This document shows positions 29,031-38,077 of a stretch of 64,000 bases of DNA, piece by piece. This stretch comes from Candidatus Heimdallarchaeota archaeon. GTDB taxonomy: Archaea > Asgardarchaeota > Heimdallarchaeia > Heimdallarchaeales > Heimdallarchaeaceae. Every line of letters begins with the position of its first letter. The stretch's first letter is position 1. The position numbers were made by a program, and so were the translations under genes. The stretch spans positions 224,001-288,000 of the forward strand of contig JAUVXV010000001.1 in the NCBI GenBank assembly GCA_030603365.1, written 5' to 3'. Under the pieces are notes generated by a model. That model was not told the DNA's origin. It ran no database searches and saw only the letters and a list, made by a program, of their open reading frames with translations.

Positions 29031-29903
29031 ATGGAAAACTTCATATCTTTTTTTGAGATATTTAGATTAATGTTGATTTCGTCTAATGAATCTCGCTTTG
29101 TACACAAAGTAAGAGCAAAAGTCTCTACTATCGTATTATTATTGATTATAGACGCTCTTGTGTACTATGTTCCTTTTAGGAACGATGTTTATATCGGAGA
29201 TTTGTTTGGGCTATCATTATGGTTGTATTTTGGAGTATTAAATGGATTACTAATTACCCTTGTTTACGTTTTTGTAAGAGGGGAAATAGTATTTGATTTT
29301 TCTTCAAAACAGATTTCTTTTAATGAATTTAAGAAAAGTAATTCTTGGGAGTTTTCTGATCTCTGGGGAATATATCTTTTAGCTTATGATGGAGATTATT
29401 TAATAAGAATAAGAACCCATAGATTACGAACAATAGATGTCAGAATGGAGTTTGAAGAAGCATACAAACTGGTTGATGAATTTGAGAATGTAGGATATCC
29501 TCTTGCAACTATCAGACCAGATCCTCCTAAACGCCTCTCAAATGCATTTCCACTTCTCTTGTCAAAATATGAGAAGAAAAAAATCAAAGAGTTCAATCCG
29601 GAAATACCCGACTGGTACAGAGGAATAACTCTGAAAACAAAACTAATTTCAATTACAATAGCTCCCTTTCTATACGTACTTGGAGCTACTCTAATAATCC
29701 GCATCCCTTATCTTCTTACAGGCCTTACCTCTACAAAGGGAATTGTATCATTTATTTATGGTTTAACAGTTTTCATCTTATTTGATGGGGGATTATACCT
29801 TTTATTTGGAATATCTGTTTTTGTACTAATAGCAAAACAAATTTCCAAGTTTTCTTCCCAACCTCATTCCAAAGAAAATCTTGATGTTTCCAAGGAAGAG
29901 TAA
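29031..29903 (+). CDS. Membrane protein, function unknown
   Basis: Two TM pairs flanking a soluble domain. Confidence 0.65.
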   Translation: MENFISFFEIFRLMLISSNESRFVHKVRAKVSTIVLLLIIDALVYYVPFRNDVYIGDLFGLSLWLYFGVLNGLLITLVYVFVRGEIVFDFSSKQISFNEFKKSNSWEFSDLWGIYLLAYDGDYLIRIRTHRLRTIDVRMEFEEAYKLVDEFENVGYPLATIRPDPPKRLSNAFPLLLSKYEKKKIKEFNPEIPDWYRGITLKTKLISITIAPFLYVLGATLIIRIPYLLTGLTSTKGIVSFIYGLTVFILFDGGLYLLFGISVFVLIAKQISKFSSQPHSKENLDVSKEE

Positions 29904-29933
29904 CATTAATTTATAGTATGGATATGTTTTACT

Positions 29934-30488
29934 ATGCATGAATTTTCCGGATTTCTTGGTTCCTGTGCAAGAACATTAGAAAGAAACTCTTCTAGTGAAT
30001 TATATTACCTTCTAACAGAGATTTTGGAGTGCAAAGATGTAGATATATCTCCCATATCATCAATATCTGGTTTAACACTAACCTCTTTCAATGAAAATCC
30101 CTTAGAGATTATTGAACGTATAGAAAAAGAAGTTAAGCAAGACAATTCTGTTTTACAATATACACTGAAGCTTGTTCCTTTACAATACAAAATTCTTTCT
30201 GCTTTGGAAGATTTGAAAGAATGCTCTTCATTCTTTGCAGAAAAACTAAAAGAAGAAGATACTTGGAGAATCAATTTACGTCGTCGTCATTCCAATCTGG
30301 AAAGAGAAGATATCATCACTGCTGTAGCTTCTGAAATTAGCACGGGTAAAGTTAACCTTGAGAATCCAAAATACTATCTTATTGTTGAAGTAGTGGGAAA
30401 GTGGACATATTTAGCACTATCTCCAATTCCAGAGCTAGCACTTTCAGAATACATTACATCAGACGATTTCGATGACTTTAGGTTCTGA
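29934..30488 (+). CDS. THUMP-domain RNA-binding protein
   Basis: TWRINLRRRHS..GKVNLENPKYYLIVEVVG. Confidence 0.88.
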   Translation: MHEFSGFLGSCARTLERNSSSELYYLLTEILECKDVDISPISSISGLTLTSFNENPLEIIERIEKEVKQDNSVLQYTLKLVPLQYKILSALEDLKECSSFFAEKLKEEDTWRINLRRRHSNLEREDIITAVASEISTGKVNLENPKYYLIVEVVGKWTYLALSPIPELALSEYITSDDFDDFRF

Positions 30489-30567
30489 GGATTTTATTAT
30501 AAAGTAAAAATAAAAAAATAAGAAAGATTATAACTTTCCTTTAGCTTTTTTAGGTCTCTGGCTAAAT

Positions 30568-30780
30568 TTAAAGGTCTCTTGCGGAAACTGTTTTTCTTCC
30601 ATTTGCTTTAGCTCTGTTAGCTGCTTTCTTAACTAGTACAGCTATTTTTTCGTCTAGAGCTTTAAGAAGATCTCCACCAACCTTATAATCGCCGAGTTCC
30701 TTGACATATTCTCTGATTTTTGATTGAACAATCATCATTTTACTCGCACTTCTGTCGGTTTTTGCCTGCCTTAAGGGCAT
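30568..30780 (-). CDS. Histone-fold protein, short alpha3 ('face-to-face')-type, with basic N-terminal extension
   Basis: IVQSKIREYVK..KVGGDLLKALDEKI..AANRAKANGRKTVSARDL. Confidence 0.9.
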   Translation of the reverse strand: MPLRQAKTDRSASKMMIVQSKIREYVKELGDYKVGGDLLKALDEKIAVLVKKAANRAKANGRKTVSARDL

Positions 30781-31051
30781 GCACGTAAATAACTTGCTTT
30801 CCCCTATTAAAAACCTTTTCGGTAATGTCGAGAAATTTACGTATTACACACCCTCTAATTAAAGAATCCGTTAAAAAAGATTTTTTTACGTCCTAAAACC
30901 GTAAAATTTTCAAGCTAGAAGGTCTTTCGGTCTGAAAGTGCCAAAATTACTTGTTTCTGGCTGTATTATAAAGCTTTAAAAAGTACCTTATAGACCATCG
31001 TAAATTCGCAAAAAAACGAAGAAAATAACGAAAATAGAGCTATTTTTCACC

Positions 31052-32329
31052 CTATAAATTCTCTTTAAGTAAGTCACCTAGCTTTCTTACACCTACATCA
31101 ACCATGTCTTTAGATATGAATGAATACCCTATTCTCATACCACCTGTGATAACCTTCAAGGGTTCAATCCCCCTTACTTCTGGATCATATGAGTGTCCGC
31201 TTGGTGGGTAAAATGCTGATCCTGGAACAACGAGTACTTCATTTGGATGTAGGACTTCTTGATTGAACTTTCTTACATCAAATGTGTAAGCTTTCTCTCC
31301 TTTAGGTTGCCACCAGATGAAAAATCCACCTGTTGGATTTGTAAAATCGCCCTCTGGAAAAGTTTCAACGAGAGCTTTGTAAGCAGCGTCTTTCTGTTCT
31401 TTGTATTTTTGAACTATTATTGGTAACTGTTCGTCTATATATTTTTCATAGTAAATTTCTGCTATTCTTTGCGTTATTGTGGGTGTACATAAATCAATAT
31501 ACCCTTTAGCTTTTTCTGCTTCAGTATGGAGAAAATCAGGCAAGACTGAATAACCTAATCTTAGAGGTGCTGCTTCTTTGGAAGTTGAAGAAGTATAAAT
31601 TACACGCTCATTATCTTTATCTAAGGTTTTCATAGATGGTCTTTTTTCTTCAAATTGCATCTCCTTATAAGCTGAATCTGCAATTACTATAACATCATGT
31701 TGTTCAGCAATGTTGTATAATTGCTCTCTTCTTTTGACTGGAAGTGTGGTTCCTTTTGGATTGTCACTATCCTCAACAACATAGAGAATTTTGACCTTTT
31801 TACCAAATTCTTTCTCTGCTTTAAGTATAGTATCTTCAACATAATCTGGTATTAACCCATCTGCATCAGTTGGTGCAGTAACAACATGGCCTCCTACTTT
31901 AACCACTGTTGTGACAAACCCTAGATATGCTGGAGAAGGAGTAACAACTAAATCACCAGGATTTATCAAGATGTCTAGAGCTATATAGACTGCTTGTTGA
32001 GAACCTGTTGTTATCAGTATCTTTTCCCAATCATCCGCTCCACTTATGATATCTAATCCATCTCTTCTATGAATCCTTTCTGCTAAAACTTTACGAAGAG
32101 CTGGAGTACCAGCTGTTTGTCCATATTGAAATTCATTGATTACATTCTGAGAATCTGAATCGTAATAATCTGCCAGTTCTCTTAGGATTTTAGGAAATAT
32201 TTTCGTTGGAAGATTACCTGGTAACCCTCCTGCTAGATAGTATTTTGTCTTATTTTTTAAAAGCCTTCTAATTTCGCTTTCTGGTATCTTTTGTGTCCAA
32301 TTTGCTAAAATTTCTCTGATTGGATCCAT
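31052..32329 (-). CDS. PLP-dependent class I aminotransferase (LysN/Aro8-like)
   Basis: AGGLP, QYGQTAG, TTGSQQA, NPKG, DSAY, STSK..RLG. Confidence 0.88.
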   Translation of the reverse strand: MDPIREILANWTQKIPESEIRRLLKNKTKYYLAGGLPGNLPTKIFPKILRELADYYDSDSQNVINEFQYGQTAGTPALRKVLAERIHRRDGLDIISGADDWEKILITTGSQQAVYIALDILINPGDLVVTPSPAYLGFVTTVVKVGGHVVTAPTDADGLIPDYVEDTILKAEKEFGKKVKILYVVEDSDNPKGTTLPVKRREQLYNIAEQHDVIVIADSAYKEMQFEEKRPSMKTLDKDNERVIYTSSTSKEAAPLRLGYSVLPDFLHTEAEKAKGYIDLCTPTITQRIAEIYYEKYIDEQLPIIVQKYKEQKDAAYKALVETFPEGDFTNPTGGFFIWWQPKGEKAYTFDVRKFNQEVLHPNEVLVVPGSAFYPPSGHSYDPEVRGIEPLKVITGGMRIGYSFISKDMVDVGVRKLGDLLKENL

Positions 32330-32468
32330 TATTTCACATCACTTTTATACATACTCAAGAACTGTGTTTTTCTAAATTAGTTTATCTAAAAAACTTTCTC
32401 TACCACTATGTTAACTTGCAGTTTTAGCTTGCAGTTAGATTTTTCAAGTACCGAAACTTTAGGAAGCT

Positions 32469-33641
32469 ATGGAAAAAATTAGCATGGCAATTGTGGGTGG
32501 AGGACCCGCTGGACTTCAAGCTGCTATATCAGTAGCAGAACAGGGATTTCAACCAACTGTTTTTGAAGAACATCCTAGAATTGGTACTCCAGTGCAATGT
32601 GGGGAAGGGATGAGTATAAATGCTTTTCAAGATTTTTCCATTCCAACAAAGAATAATGAATTTTGTGTTAGAGAGCACAAGGGGTGCCAGTTGTTTTTCC
32701 CCTCCAACAAAGTGATTTATGGTGACATTCATGCTTTCATGATTAAGAGAGATATTTTTGATCAATATTTAGCTAACAAAGCAATTGAAGCTGGGGCGGA
32801 AATCAAAACCGCTACTAAAGTTCTAGATATTAAAAATATATCTGAAGGTTTAGTAGTTAAGACAAATGGAAAAGATAACACTACCTATTCTTCTGAATTT
32901 CTGATTTTAGCTGAAGGAGCGAGAGCTAAGTTGGCTCAAACTCTTAATTTCCATCCTTCACAACCGTTAATCAAGGCTTTTGAATATAAGATTAAAGGTG
33001 AATGGGGAGAAGATCTTGAATTCTATTTTGATGCTCAAAAGTATCCTTTTGGATATTGCTGGGTTTTTCCAAGAAATAATGAAACAAATGTGGGGATAGT
33101 TACTACTGCTAATCAGATGAAAGCAAGATTAGACTCATTCCTCAAAGAAAAGAAGATTACAGGAAAAATAGTGAAGAAAATAGGTGGAGTAATTCCAATG
33201 AATGGACCTGTTGAAAAATTAGCTCTAAACAATATTGTTCTTGCTGGAGATACTGCTGGAATGGTCAATCCTATTTTCTATGGGGGGATAAGAATAGGGA
33301 TGACAAGCGGCAAATTTGCAGGAAAAGTGGGGGTTGAATATTTGAAAAACAAAGAAGAAAAAATTGAATATTCCACTCAACAATACACCCAATACCTCCA
33401 GAAATTTCAGTTTATGAAAAGTATTAATTTAAAATGTCATACCTTCTTCTATGGTAGATCCAACGAATTTCTCACCAAACTTGGCAAAGTCTTTGACAAA
33501 CAATTTGTAAATCAAATAGAAAAATGGGAGAAAGTAAAAACTTTTGGAAATCTTTTGAAAAAACCCTCTTTATTGAGGAATCCCCGAGGGTTGTTGTGGA
33601 TATATCTTGGTTTTAAGATTGCACGTGATTGGGGGTTCTAA
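32469..33641 (+). CDS. Geranylgeranyl reductase family flavoprotein
   Basis: GGGPAG, QCGEG, RDIFDQYL, GYCWVFP, GDTAGMVNPIFYGGI. Confidence 0.9.
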   Translation: MEKISMAIVGGGPAGLQAAISVAEQGFQPTVFEEHPRIGTPVQCGEGMSINAFQDFSIPTKNNEFCVREHKGCQLFFPSNKVIYGDIHAFMIKRDIFDQYLANKAIEAGAEIKTATKVLDIKNISEGLVVKTNGKDNTTYSSEFLILAEGARAKLAQTLNFHPSQPLIKAFEYKIKGEWGEDLEFYFDAQKYPFGYCWVFPRNNETNVGIVTTANQMKARLDSFLKEKKITGKIVKKIGGVIPMNGPVEKLALNNIVLAGDTAGMVNPIFYGGIRIGMTSGKFAGKVGVEYLKNKEEKIEYSTQQYTQYLQKFQFMKSINLKCHTFFYGRSNEFLTKLGKVFDKQFVNQIEKWEKVKTFGNLLKKPSLLRNPRGLLWIYLGFKIARDWGF

Positions 33642-33687
33642 ACTAACGACAAACATAATAGTTAAATGTATGAGTTGAAAGGATTGT

Positions 33688-33888
33688 TTGTCTGAAATGA
33701 TTATTCCAGTAAGATGTTTTACCTGCGGAACTTTAATTGCTGATAAATGGGATGAATTCGTGAAGAGAATAGATGAAGGGGAAAACCCTCAGAAAACTCT
33801 TGATGATTTAAATGTAAAAAGATGGTGTTGTAGACGAATGCTAGTCTCTCATACAGATTTAATAGAAGATTTTCTACCCTTCACTTAA
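33688..33888 (+). CDS. rpoN: RNA polymerase subunit N (Rpo10)
   Basis: [19 protein letters not shown]. Confidence 0.97.
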   Translation: MSEMIIPVRCFTCGTLIADKWDEFVKRIDEGENPQKTLDDLNVKRWCCRRMLVSHTDLIEDFLPFT

Positions 33889-34004
33889 TTTCTACTAAAT
33901 AGTAGCTCAACTAACTGAACAGAAAGTTTTTAATTAAACCGTTTGAGGTCTTAATGCTTATAAAGCGGGAATAACGCAAATCATAAACAAACTGAGGATA
34001 CAAG

Positions 34005-34640
34005 ATGTCAGAGGAAGCAGAACAAACCACTGAAGAAGAAATACTGTTAATACCTCGAGATACCTACTTAGTATCAGGTATCCACATAGGAACAAGTGTT
34101 TGTACAAAGTTTATGGAACCTTTCAAATATCGAGTCAGAAATGATGGAATTTATGTTTTAGATGTAAATGCAACTGATGCAAGAATTAGAATTGCAGCTA
34201 AATTCTTGAGTCGTTTTGAAGCATCTAAAGTTGCTGTTTTTGCAACAAGACAATATGCTTCTGTCCCTAGTACAAAAATGGCTAGATTGGCAGGTTTCAA
34301 AGTAATTCCTGGAAGATTCATTCCTGGAACACTGACAAATCCTTCATTTGAGGGCTACATTGAACCTGATGTTGTTATTCTAACAGATCCAAGAGCAGAT
34401 AAGCAATCTTTGACTGAAGCTGCCTCAAGAGGAATTCCTATAGTCGCGTTATGTGATACAGATAATGCAACAAATAATGTAGATTTAGTTATACCAGTAA
34501 ATAACAAAGGTAGAAAGTCACTAGCTCAAGTTTATTATCTTCTTACAAGAGAAATTCTTAGGGCAAGAGGAGAGTTAGGAGAAACAGAAGATTTACCTGT
34601 TACTGTAGATGAATTTGCTTTCAAATTACTGAGGGAATAG
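34005..34640 (+). CDS. rps2: Ribosomal protein uS2
   Basis: GIHIGT, GRFIPGTLTNP, TDPRADKQ, DLVIPVNNKGRKS. Confidence 0.97.
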   Translation: MSEEAEQTTEEEILLIPRDTYLVSGIHIGTSVCTKFMEPFKYRVRNDGIYVLDVNATDARIRIAAKFLSRFEASKVAVFATRQYASVPSTKMARLAGFKVIPGRFIPGTLTNPSFEGYIEPDVVILTDPRADKQSLTEAASRGIPIVALCDTDNATNNVDLVIPVNNKGRKSLAQVYYLLTREILRARGELGETEDLPVTVDEFAFKLLRE

Positions 34641-34697
34641 TCCCTTTTTTCCTTACCTTTGAAAAAGATTTTTTATTCTTGTATTCTATTTGTGTTT

Positions 34698-35669
34698 ATG
34701 GGCGCCGATTCCATAGTATTTTCAGCTCCAGGAAAAGTTATTCTCTTTGGAGAACATTCTGTAGTTTATGGACATCCAGCGATTGCTACAGCCATTAATC
34801 TTAGAGCAAAATGTGAAGTGACAAAATCATCAGATAAGTTTCCATCGCTTTCAACTCCTGACTTGTTTCCTGATCATATATTTACAATTACTGAGAAATC
34901 TGAGGTTCCAATTGAATTAGAACCATTTAAGCATCTTTTCTTGATTTTAAGTGAAAGTCAGAAAAAGATTATCTGTCCTAAGGTGAAACTAACATCTGCA
35001 ATTCCTCCTTCTTCAGGTTTGGGTTCAAGTGCAGCTACAGCTGTTTCATTGACAGCTAGTCTAATGAAATTTTACAATAACGATTATAACCTTGAGAAAA
35101 TTCGAGATATTGCTTTTGAATCTGAAAAGTTAATTCATGGTTTTCCATCAGGAATAGATAATACTATCTCAACCTTTGGTGGAGGAATAATTTATGAAAG
35201 AGGACAGATGGCACCTCTGACTTCCAAGATCTCCTCTTCCTTTCTTGTAATTATTAACAGTCTTGTACCTAGAAGTACAAAGGAACTTGTTGAAAAGGTT
35301 CAAAAGAAAAGAGAAAATGAACCAAAAAATGTACAAGCTATTTTTAATCAAATTGAAGCCATAACTTGGGAGGCAAAGAAACAAATAGAATCAGGGGATT
35401 CTGTGGAAATTGGTCGTTTGATGAACGAGAACCATAAATTGCTTGAAAAACTAGAAGTAGGGCATCCAATCTTAAGTAAGATAGTTGGTATTATTGATCA
35501 GACTAAGACTTTGGGAAGAAAGTTAACTGGCGCAGGTGGTGGTGGTTGCATAATTGCTTTATTTGATGAATTTTCAACTGCCAAGGAAGTAACTAAACTC
35601 ATTGAGAAAAAAGGATTTCGTGCTTATATCTCAAATATATTTGAAACTGGTGTTAAAAATGAACAATGA
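34698..35669 (+). CDS. mvk: Mevalonate kinase
   Basis: APGKVILFGEHSVVYG, PPSSGLGSSAA, HGFPSGID, KLTGAGGGG. Confidence 0.93.
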   Translation: MGADSIVFSAPGKVILFGEHSVVYGHPAIATAINLRAKCEVTKSSDKFPSLSTPDLFPDHIFTITEKSEVPIELEPFKHLFLILSESQKKIICPKVKLTSAIPPSSGLGSSAATAVSLTASLMKFYNNDYNLEKIRDIAFESEKLIHGFPSGIDNTISTFGGGIIYERGQMAPLTSKISSSFLVIINSLVPRSTKELVEKVQKKRENEPKNVQAIFNQIEAITWEAKKQIESGDSVEIGRLMNENHKLLEKLEVGHPILSKIVGIIDQTKTLGRKLTGAGGGGCIIALFDEFSTAKEVTKLIEKKGFRAYISNIFETGVKNEQ

Positions 35670-36465
35670 ACAAATTGATATTATAAAAATTGGTGGATCA
35701 ATTATTACAGATAAAGGCAATTATCGTACTCTGAGAAAAGATCAATTGTCACTATTAAGCAAAGAACTAGCCAAATGGGATAGAAATTGTATAATTGTTC
35801 ATGGAGCCGGTTCCTTTGGTCATACTATCGCAAATCAATATTCAATTCATAAGGGATTCACTGACTTGGATCAACTTGAGGGTTTATTACAAATTCGTAA
35901 GGATATGCTTGATTTAGCAGAAATTGTAACATCAAACTTAATTCAGAATGGTATGAAAGCTATAAGTTTTCAAACTAGTGCTATAGTTTACGAGAAAAAA
36001 GATGGATCTTATTCCTTCTTCTTTGACCCAGTGAAAAAAGCATTATCTCTAGATTTATGTCCAGTTTTATCGGGAGACATTCTATTTTCTGAAGATAAAG
36101 GTTTTAGAATTTATAGTGGTGATGCTCTCATAAATTTGATAGTTCAGAATTTTAATGTTGCTAGAGTTATTTTCATTTCAGATGTAGATGGGTTATATCT
36201 AAAGGATGCAGAAACACAAGAGAATAAGTTAGTCGATTTCATAACCTCAAAAGACTTCGAAATCACAGATATTAGCAAATTAGAACAAAAGGATTCGAAT
36301 GATGTAACTGGTGGAATGAAAGGAAAAATTTCTGCAATCATCTCAATATTAGATTATGTAACTAAAGTGGTTCTTGTAAATGGTTTTCATCCAGAGAGAT
36401 TAGCTTTAATTCGTGAAGGAGAAAAATTCATTGGTACATCAATATTAAATGAAAATTCTACTTAA
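35659..36465 (+). CDS. ipk: Isopentenyl phosphate kinase
   Basis: KIGGSIITDK, HGAGSFGH, SGD, DVTGGMKGK. Confidence 0.92.
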   Translation: MNNEQIDIIKIGGSIITDKGNYRTLRKDQLSLLSKELAKWDRNCIIVHGAGSFGHTIANQYSIHKGFTDLDQLEGLLQIRKDMLDLAEIVTSNLIQNGMKAISFQTSAIVYEKKDGSYSFFFDPVKKALSLDLCPVLSGDILFSEDKGFRIYSGDALINLIVQNFNVARVIFISDVDGLYLKDAETQENKLVDFITSKDFEITDISKLEQKDSNDVTGGMKGKISAIISILDYVTKVVLVNGFHPERLALIREGEKFIGTSILNENST

Positions 36466-36502
36466 AGATAAGTCTTTTAAACTAAACAAGATTTTGTTCT
36501 AT

Positions 36503-36538
36503 ACCTAATGAAGGCATTATTTTAGGTGCCCGAGGTGA
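36503..36538 (+). promoter_or_regulatory. K-turn in rpl7ae 5' UTR overlapping the SD (autoregulatory element)
   Basis: ACC-UAAU-GA-A-GGCAU ... GUGCC-C-GA-GGU; SD GAGGTGA at 36532-36538. Confidence 0.65.
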
Positions 36539-36541
36539 AGA

Positions 36542-36904
36542 ATGATGTATAAAAAATTCGACATTCCTGAAGAAGTTGTTAAAGAATCTTTAAGTGTTTT
36601 GGAAACTTCTGCCAAATCTGGTAGAATAAGAAAAGGAACAAACGAGGTTACTAAAGTTATTGAAAGAAAAATAGCTCAGCTTGTTTATATTGCTGAAGAT
36701 GTTAATCCTCCAGAAATAGTAATGCATTTACCCCTTCTCTGTGAAGAGCAAGATATAGCTTACACTTTTGTCTCAACAAAAGAAGAATTAGGAAAAGCTG
36801 CAGGTTTGAAAGTTGGTTCAGCATCAATTGCTATTGTAGATGGTGGAGAAGCTAAACAAGCACTAAAAGGTCTAAGTAAAAAACTAATAGAACTTAAGAA
36901 ATAA
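36542..36904 (+). CDS. rpl7ae: Ribosomal protein eL8 / L7Ae
   Basis: [42 protein letters not shown]. Confidence 0.97.
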   Translation: MMYKKFDIPEEVVKESLSVLETSAKSGRIRKGTNEVTKVIERKIAQLVYIAEDVNPPEIVMHLPLLCEEQDIAYTFVSTKEELGKAAGLKVGSASIAIVDGGEAKQALKGLSKKLIELKK

Positions 36905-36918
36905 GCTTGGTGATAAAC

Positions 36919-37140
36919 ATGAGCGGAAGAGATGAAGATGGCGCTACTCCTGCAGAAGTCATTCAAGTATTAGATAGAACTGGCAGTGTAGGTGAAGTAA
37001 TCCAAGCTAGAGTGAAAGTGCTAGACGGTAGAGATAAGAATCGTATCTTAACTCGAAACCTGAAAGGACCCGTAAGAAAAGGAGATGTAATTATGCTCCG
37101 AGAAACAGAAAGAGAAGCCAAGAAAATACGAAGAAGGTAA
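36919..37140 (+). CDS. rps28e: Ribosomal protein eS28
   Basis: [29 protein letters not shown]. Confidence 0.96.
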   Translation: MSGRDEDGATPAEVIQVLDRTGSVGEVIQARVKVLDGRDKNRILTRNLKGPVRKGDVIMLRETEREAKKIRRR

Positions 37141-37150
37141 GTGATTAACA

Positions 37151-37339
37151 ATGCCAAGAACACAAAAATGCTCATACTGTGGAAAAGATATAGAACCTGG
37201 TTGTGGGATGCTATTCGTTCAAAAAACAGGTTCAATACTATATTTCTGTTCGAATAAGTGTAAAAAATCTCAATTAGTCCTAAAAAGAGATCCTAAAAAA
37301 CTCAAATGGACAGAGAGATACGAAAGAAAAATTATGTAA
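37151..37339 (+). CDS. rpl24e: Ribosomal protein eL24
   Basis: CSYCGKDIEPG..FCSNKC..PKKLKWT. Confidence 0.96.
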   Translation: MPRTQKCSYCGKDIEPGCGMLFVQKTGSILYFCSNKCKKSQLVLKRDPKKLKWTERYERKIM

Positions 37340-37467
37340 TTTTTCTAATCTCTTTTACTTTCCTTTATTTTATTTTAAGAATTCTAAAGTTTTAATTGTC
37401 TCTGAAAGAAGTTTTGTGGCTATAACAATTAATTTTTATTTCAATAAACAAGAATCATTCAGAAACA

Positions 37468-37929
37468 ATGGTGATAAGTTTGGAACGAGAGTTTATTATG
37501 ATTAAACCCGATGGGGTACAAAGAGGGCTTGTTGGACAAGTTATTGAAAGGGTTGAAAATGTAGGATTTAAGATTATAGGTCTGAAAATGATTAAGGTTA
37601 CAGTAGAACAAGCTGAAGAACATTATGCAATACATAAAGGTAAGCCGTTCTATGAAGGTCTTTTAGAATACATCACATGCGGACCTGTAGTTGTAATGGT
37701 TGTAGAAGGAAAAGACACTGTAAAAATAACTAGAAAAATAGTAGGTGCAACAAATCCAGCTGAAGCAGAACCCGGGTCAATACGTGGAGATTACGCATTA
37801 GAGATAGGTAGAAATATCATCCATGCTGGAGACTCACCAGAAAATGCAATCGTGGAATATAAAATTTATTTTGATGAAGAAGAATTTACTTACTATAAGA
37901 AAATAGACGAAGAATGGTTGTATGAATAA
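37468..37929 (+). CDS. ndk: Nucleoside diphosphate kinase
   Basis: IKPDGVQRGL, HKGKPFY, PGSIRGD, RNIIHAGDS. Confidence 0.96.
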   Translation: MVISLEREFIMIKPDGVQRGLVGQVIERVENVGFKIIGLKMIKVTVEQAEEHYAIHKGKPFYEGLLEYITCGPVVVMVVEGKDTVKITRKIVGATNPAEAEPGSIRGDYALEIGRNIIHAGDSPENAIVEYKIYFDEEEFTYYKKIDEEWLYE

Positions 37930-38077
37930 AATCTTCTTCTCCATTTTATTACTTTCCTTTTAGTTTTCAGAAAATTTCTGTTAGACCAATTTCTTTTTAT
38001 TTATTTTATTTAGCTAGATTTGTAGGAGATTACAGCTTCAAGCGTAATATTTAATCAACTTCAACTAGGTGATTAGA

